Shown here in pieces: positions 17,966-20,000 of a stretch of DNA of 20,000 nucleotides. The notes beneath the pieces are model-generated. The model was not told the origin of the DNA and did not search any database. It saw only the letters and a list, made by a program, of their open reading frames with translations. The stretch lies in the IMG/VR virus record IMGVR_UViG_3300023283_000176; one strand, written 5' to 3'. This DNA comes from an uncultured virus (IMG/VR IMGVR_UViG_3300023283_000176) (lineage: Duplodnaviria > Heunggongvirae > Uroviricota > Caudoviricetes). Each line of letters opens with the position of its first letter. Position 1 is the stretch's first letter. Position numbers and translations under genes: made by a program.

Positions 17966-18046
17966 TTGGGTACTACAAAAAAATTTCTCTGTTGTCAAGG
18001 AATTTCATGGGATTTTAAAAAACACTCGGTATCTTGAGTCAAATTC

Positions 18047-18059
18047 GACCTCTAAACCC
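18047..18059 (+). promoter_or_regulatory. GACCTCTAAACCC start-proximal element
   Basis: 12/13 match, 6 nt upstream of ATG 18066. Confidence 0.72.
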
Positions 18060-18065
18060 CAAGCA

Positions 18066-18800
18066 ATGAGCAATTTGAAAAAAGAAATTCTGGAACACCC
18101 ACGAAATGAAAACATTCTTTTCGAAGAAGATGGGCACAAATACACTTACCTGCCCACAGGTGAAAGATGGTATGGCGTAACATCACTGATCAAAAATTAC
18201 GCAGAGGAATTTGATGCTGAGAAAATGGCAAAATATGTAGCCAGACGTGATGGGATGACCCAGGATCAAGTTTTGAATATGTGGGACGAGAAAGGCCGTA
18301 AAGCTATTGAATACGGTAATGCTGTACATGAAATGATTGAGTCCAGTATCATGGAAGGGGTTGAATATGAGGATGAAGATTACGATGCATATTTGGACGC
18401 TATTGATGAATTAGGAATTCAACCGTTGTGTTCTGAATGGGTGATTTACGATGAACGCATTCAAAGAGCATCCGCAATTGATGGTCTGTTTGAAAGGGAG
18501 GGTAAGGTAGTTTTAGTCGATTTCAAGACAAATGAAGATTTGGAAAAAGTTTTTAAAGTCTATAAAGATAAACGTTTTTTCTACCCCATCGGAGACATTC
18601 CGGATAGTAAATATTACAAATACGTGTTACAGTTAAACATATATCGAAAGATAGTAGACGAACTTTATCCTGAGATTCCGTTGAGTAATGAAATGTGGAT
18701 ACTACACATCAGGGAAGGCAAATATGAATGGTTACCTGTTTTAAATTTTCAGTCACAAATTAATAAGCTTTATGAGCAAGAATTTAATCTTGTCGCTTGA
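18066..18800 (+). CDS. PD-(D/E)XK exonuclease (RecB/Cas4-like superfamily) (244 aa from ATG 18066)
   Basis: GVTSLI, GNAVHEMIE, SEWVIY..ASAIDGLF..VLVDFKT, KYVLQLNIY; lacks the four-Cys Fe-S pattern of true Cas4. Confidence 0.88.
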   Translation: MSNLKKEILEHPRNENILFEEDGHKYTYLPTGERWYGVTSLIKNYAEEFDAEKMAKYVARRDGMTQDQVLNMWDEKGRKAIEYGNAVHEMIESSIMEGVEYEDEDYDAYLDAIDELGIQPLCSEWVIYDERIQRASAIDGLFEREGKVVLVDFKTNEDLEKVFKVYKDKRFFYPIGDIPDSKYYKYVLQLNIYRKIVDELYPEIPLSNEMWILHIREGKYEWLPVLNFQSQINKLYEQEFNLVA

Positions 18801-19308
18801 TCCCAGTAAAAATGCTACAGGTTATGTTATCTATAATCTGGACAAAATGAGCATTGTTGAAACTGGTGTTTTTGATGCAAGAACAAGTAAAACATTTAAA
18901 CGAAAAACAGAGAAACATCAAGAAGAATGCCGTAATTTTTCAAAATTCTTGGAAGAAATTTTTTTGAAATATGGATTCCACACAATTGTCTCTGAATATC
19001 CTCATGGGACCCAATCTGCCAACGCCTCAAGAAGTCTTTCAATGGTCAATTCTGTCATTTCTACTTTTGCTGATTTTTTTGGGTGCGAATTGATAACATA
19101 TTTGGAGAGAGATGCCAAGAAAAATCATTTTGGACGTATTAAAGTGAAAAAATTGGAAACCATTAAAGCGATGAATGAGACTTTTTCTGATTTCGTCCCA
19201 CCCACAAAAAATGGGAAACCGATCAAATATAAACAAGAGGCGATCAGTGATGCACTTTTAATCCTCAAAACCTATTTAGACAATGCCAATATACATATAT
19301 CGTCGTAA
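18772..19308 (+). CDS. RuvC-like Holliday junction resolvase (178 aa)
   Basis: ILSLDPSKNATGYVI, IVSEYP and EAISDALLI provide the RuvC catalytic acidic residues. Confidence 0.85.
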   Translation: MSKNLILSLDPSKNATGYVIYNLDKMSIVETGVFDARTSKTFKRKTEKHQEECRNFSKFLEEIFLKYGFHTIVSEYPHGTQSANASRSLSMVNSVISTFADFFGCELITYLERDAKKNHFGRIKVKKLETIKAMNETFSDFVPPTKNGKPIKYKQEAISDALLILKTYLDNANIHISS

Positions 19309-19576
19309 AGACGGAACAGAATTTGAGAAATATCAATCTATGAACGACCAACCGTTAGAAACATGCCCTGACACAGGCCAAACTGTGAAACGTGTTATTA
19401 CGGGAGGACAAAATTCAAAATTAACTATGAGTAAAAAACAAACGACAGTAGAAGAAAAGAAAGAAAAACTCGGCGAATTTGGAACTTCCTTAAATGATTA
19501 TTGGAACATCCAAAAACGTCAGAGAGCCAGATATGAACAGAAAAAGGCAGAAGGTAAACTTGGTAAGAAAAAGTAA
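19283..19576 (+). CDS. FmdB-family zinc-ribbon-like protein, Cys-depleted variant (97 aa)
   Basis: MPIYIYRRKDGTEFEKYQSMNDQPLETCPDTGQTVKRVI follows FmdB spacing but keeps only one Cys. Confidence 0.8.
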   Translation: MPIYIYRRKDGTEFEKYQSMNDQPLETCPDTGQTVKRVITGGQNSKLTMSKKQTTVEEKKEKLGEFGTSLNDYWNIQKRQRARYEQKKAEGKLGKKK

Positions 19577-19608
19577 ATTCCCACCCCCTACGAAAGGAAT
19601 TTAACGAT

Positions 19609-19621
19609 AACCTCTAAACCC
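19609..19621 (+). promoter_or_regulatory. AACCTCTAAACCC start-proximal element
   Basis: Exact 13-mer 5 nt upstream of ATG 19627. Confidence 0.75.
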
Positions 19622-19626
19622 AAGCA

Positions 19627-20000
19627 ATGAGCAAGTATTTCAACAGACGTGAGTACGATTACGTACTCGATAAACCAACCCACGTTTTAATTATTCAACT
19701 ACAGAAAAGACCCAGTTATCAAGAATGGGGTCCACAGAGAGTCTCAGACTATTTTGGAACATCTTTGGACACAGCTAAAAATGCATTGGCTTACATTTCA
19801 CAAAATGAAACTGGGGAGACCGGGATACAATTTAAAGCTGACAAAAATTTTGAGAAGAAAGCTGACCAATTTGGTGTAAAAACCGATTATGAACATTTTC
19901 TGGACACTCATGGAATTGACCCCGAAGAAGTTGTTCAGGTTTATTTCAAAGGTAATGGCGATAAAATTGATTTCACGGTCAATACAAGATTCAACCAAGA
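19627..20000 (+). CDS. Hypothetical protein, partial (>124 aa; absent from the ORF track)
   Basis: Open from ATG 19627 to the edge: MSKYFNRREYDYVLDKPTHVLIIQLQKRPSYQEWGPQRVSDYFGTSLDTAKNAL...; preceded by the start element; possible HTH-like N-terminus. Confidence 0.8.
   Translation, partial: MSKYFNRREYDYVLDKPTHVLIIQLQKRPSYQEWGPQRVSDYFGTSLDTAKNALAYISQNETGETGIQFKADKNFEKKADQFGVKTDYEHFLDTHGIDPEEVVQVYFKGNGDKIDFTVNTRFNQ

Larger units (their letters stand above)
17626..18005. repeat. Perfect 18-bp inverted repeat AAATTCCTTGACAACAGA (17626-17643 and 17988-18005) bracketing the divergent intergenic core
   Basis: Direct comparison; each arm contains a TTGACA pointing inward. Confidence 0.9.

Noticed and set aside
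17781..18065. ORF 17781..17963 (minus) and the TTG-17850 extension of the nuclease ORF
   Set aside because: Low-complexity translations of the purine/pyrimidine tracts; the start element marks ATG 18066.
18066..18800. Cas4 / CRISPR association of the nuclease
   Set aside because: No four-Cys Fe-S motif and no array; ordinary phage PD-(D/E)XK nuclease.
3125..19576. Stop-codon reassignment as in some crAss-like phages
   Set aside because: Genes are full length under the standard code and end in TAA or TGA; TAG is unused as a stop here but there are no in-frame TAG/TGA interruptions. The nozzle split is a frame change.
19575..19668. Hairpins AAATTCC..GGAATTT after the FmdB stop and GAGTACG-ATTA-CGTACTC at 19651-19668
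   Set aside because: 7-bp stems without a proper U-tract; single occurrences compatible with chance.
19798..19998. 66-aa minus-strand ORF
   Set aside because: Antisense to the plus-strand ORF starting at 19627, which has the conserved start element.

Overview
AT-rich window from a tailed dsDNA phage with a podovirus-type virion module. The minus strand (17548 down to 1) carries one long morphogenesis operon: a 2-TM/GAF-like holin candidate, terminase large subunit, portal, scaffold, major capsid, a terminator, a small K/T-tailed protein, three probable head-tail ring proteins, a nozzle/muzzle protein apparently split in two ORFs, two small proteins, and a >1040-aa repeat-rich tail fibre that the ORF track misses. 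The plus strand (18066 onward) carries a PD-(D/E)XK nuclease, a RuvC-like resolvase, a Cys-depleted FmdB-like protein and a truncated ORF. The most unusual signals are in the DNA itself: (i) a palindrome TTGCGR-N3-TCGCAATT recurring about every 5 kb, including two identical 20-nt copies inside unrelated genes; (ii) a mirror-symmetric divergent intergenic region with a perfect 18-bp inverted repeat around a C6-TATAGT-C6/polypyrimidine core; (iii) a 13-nt AACCTCTAAACCC element before every gene that is not translationally coupled, with no obvious Shine-Dalgarno sites. An FCB-group host (possibly Balneolota/Rhodothermota, saline) is inferred. All family assignments come from motif recognition by eye, not from database searches.
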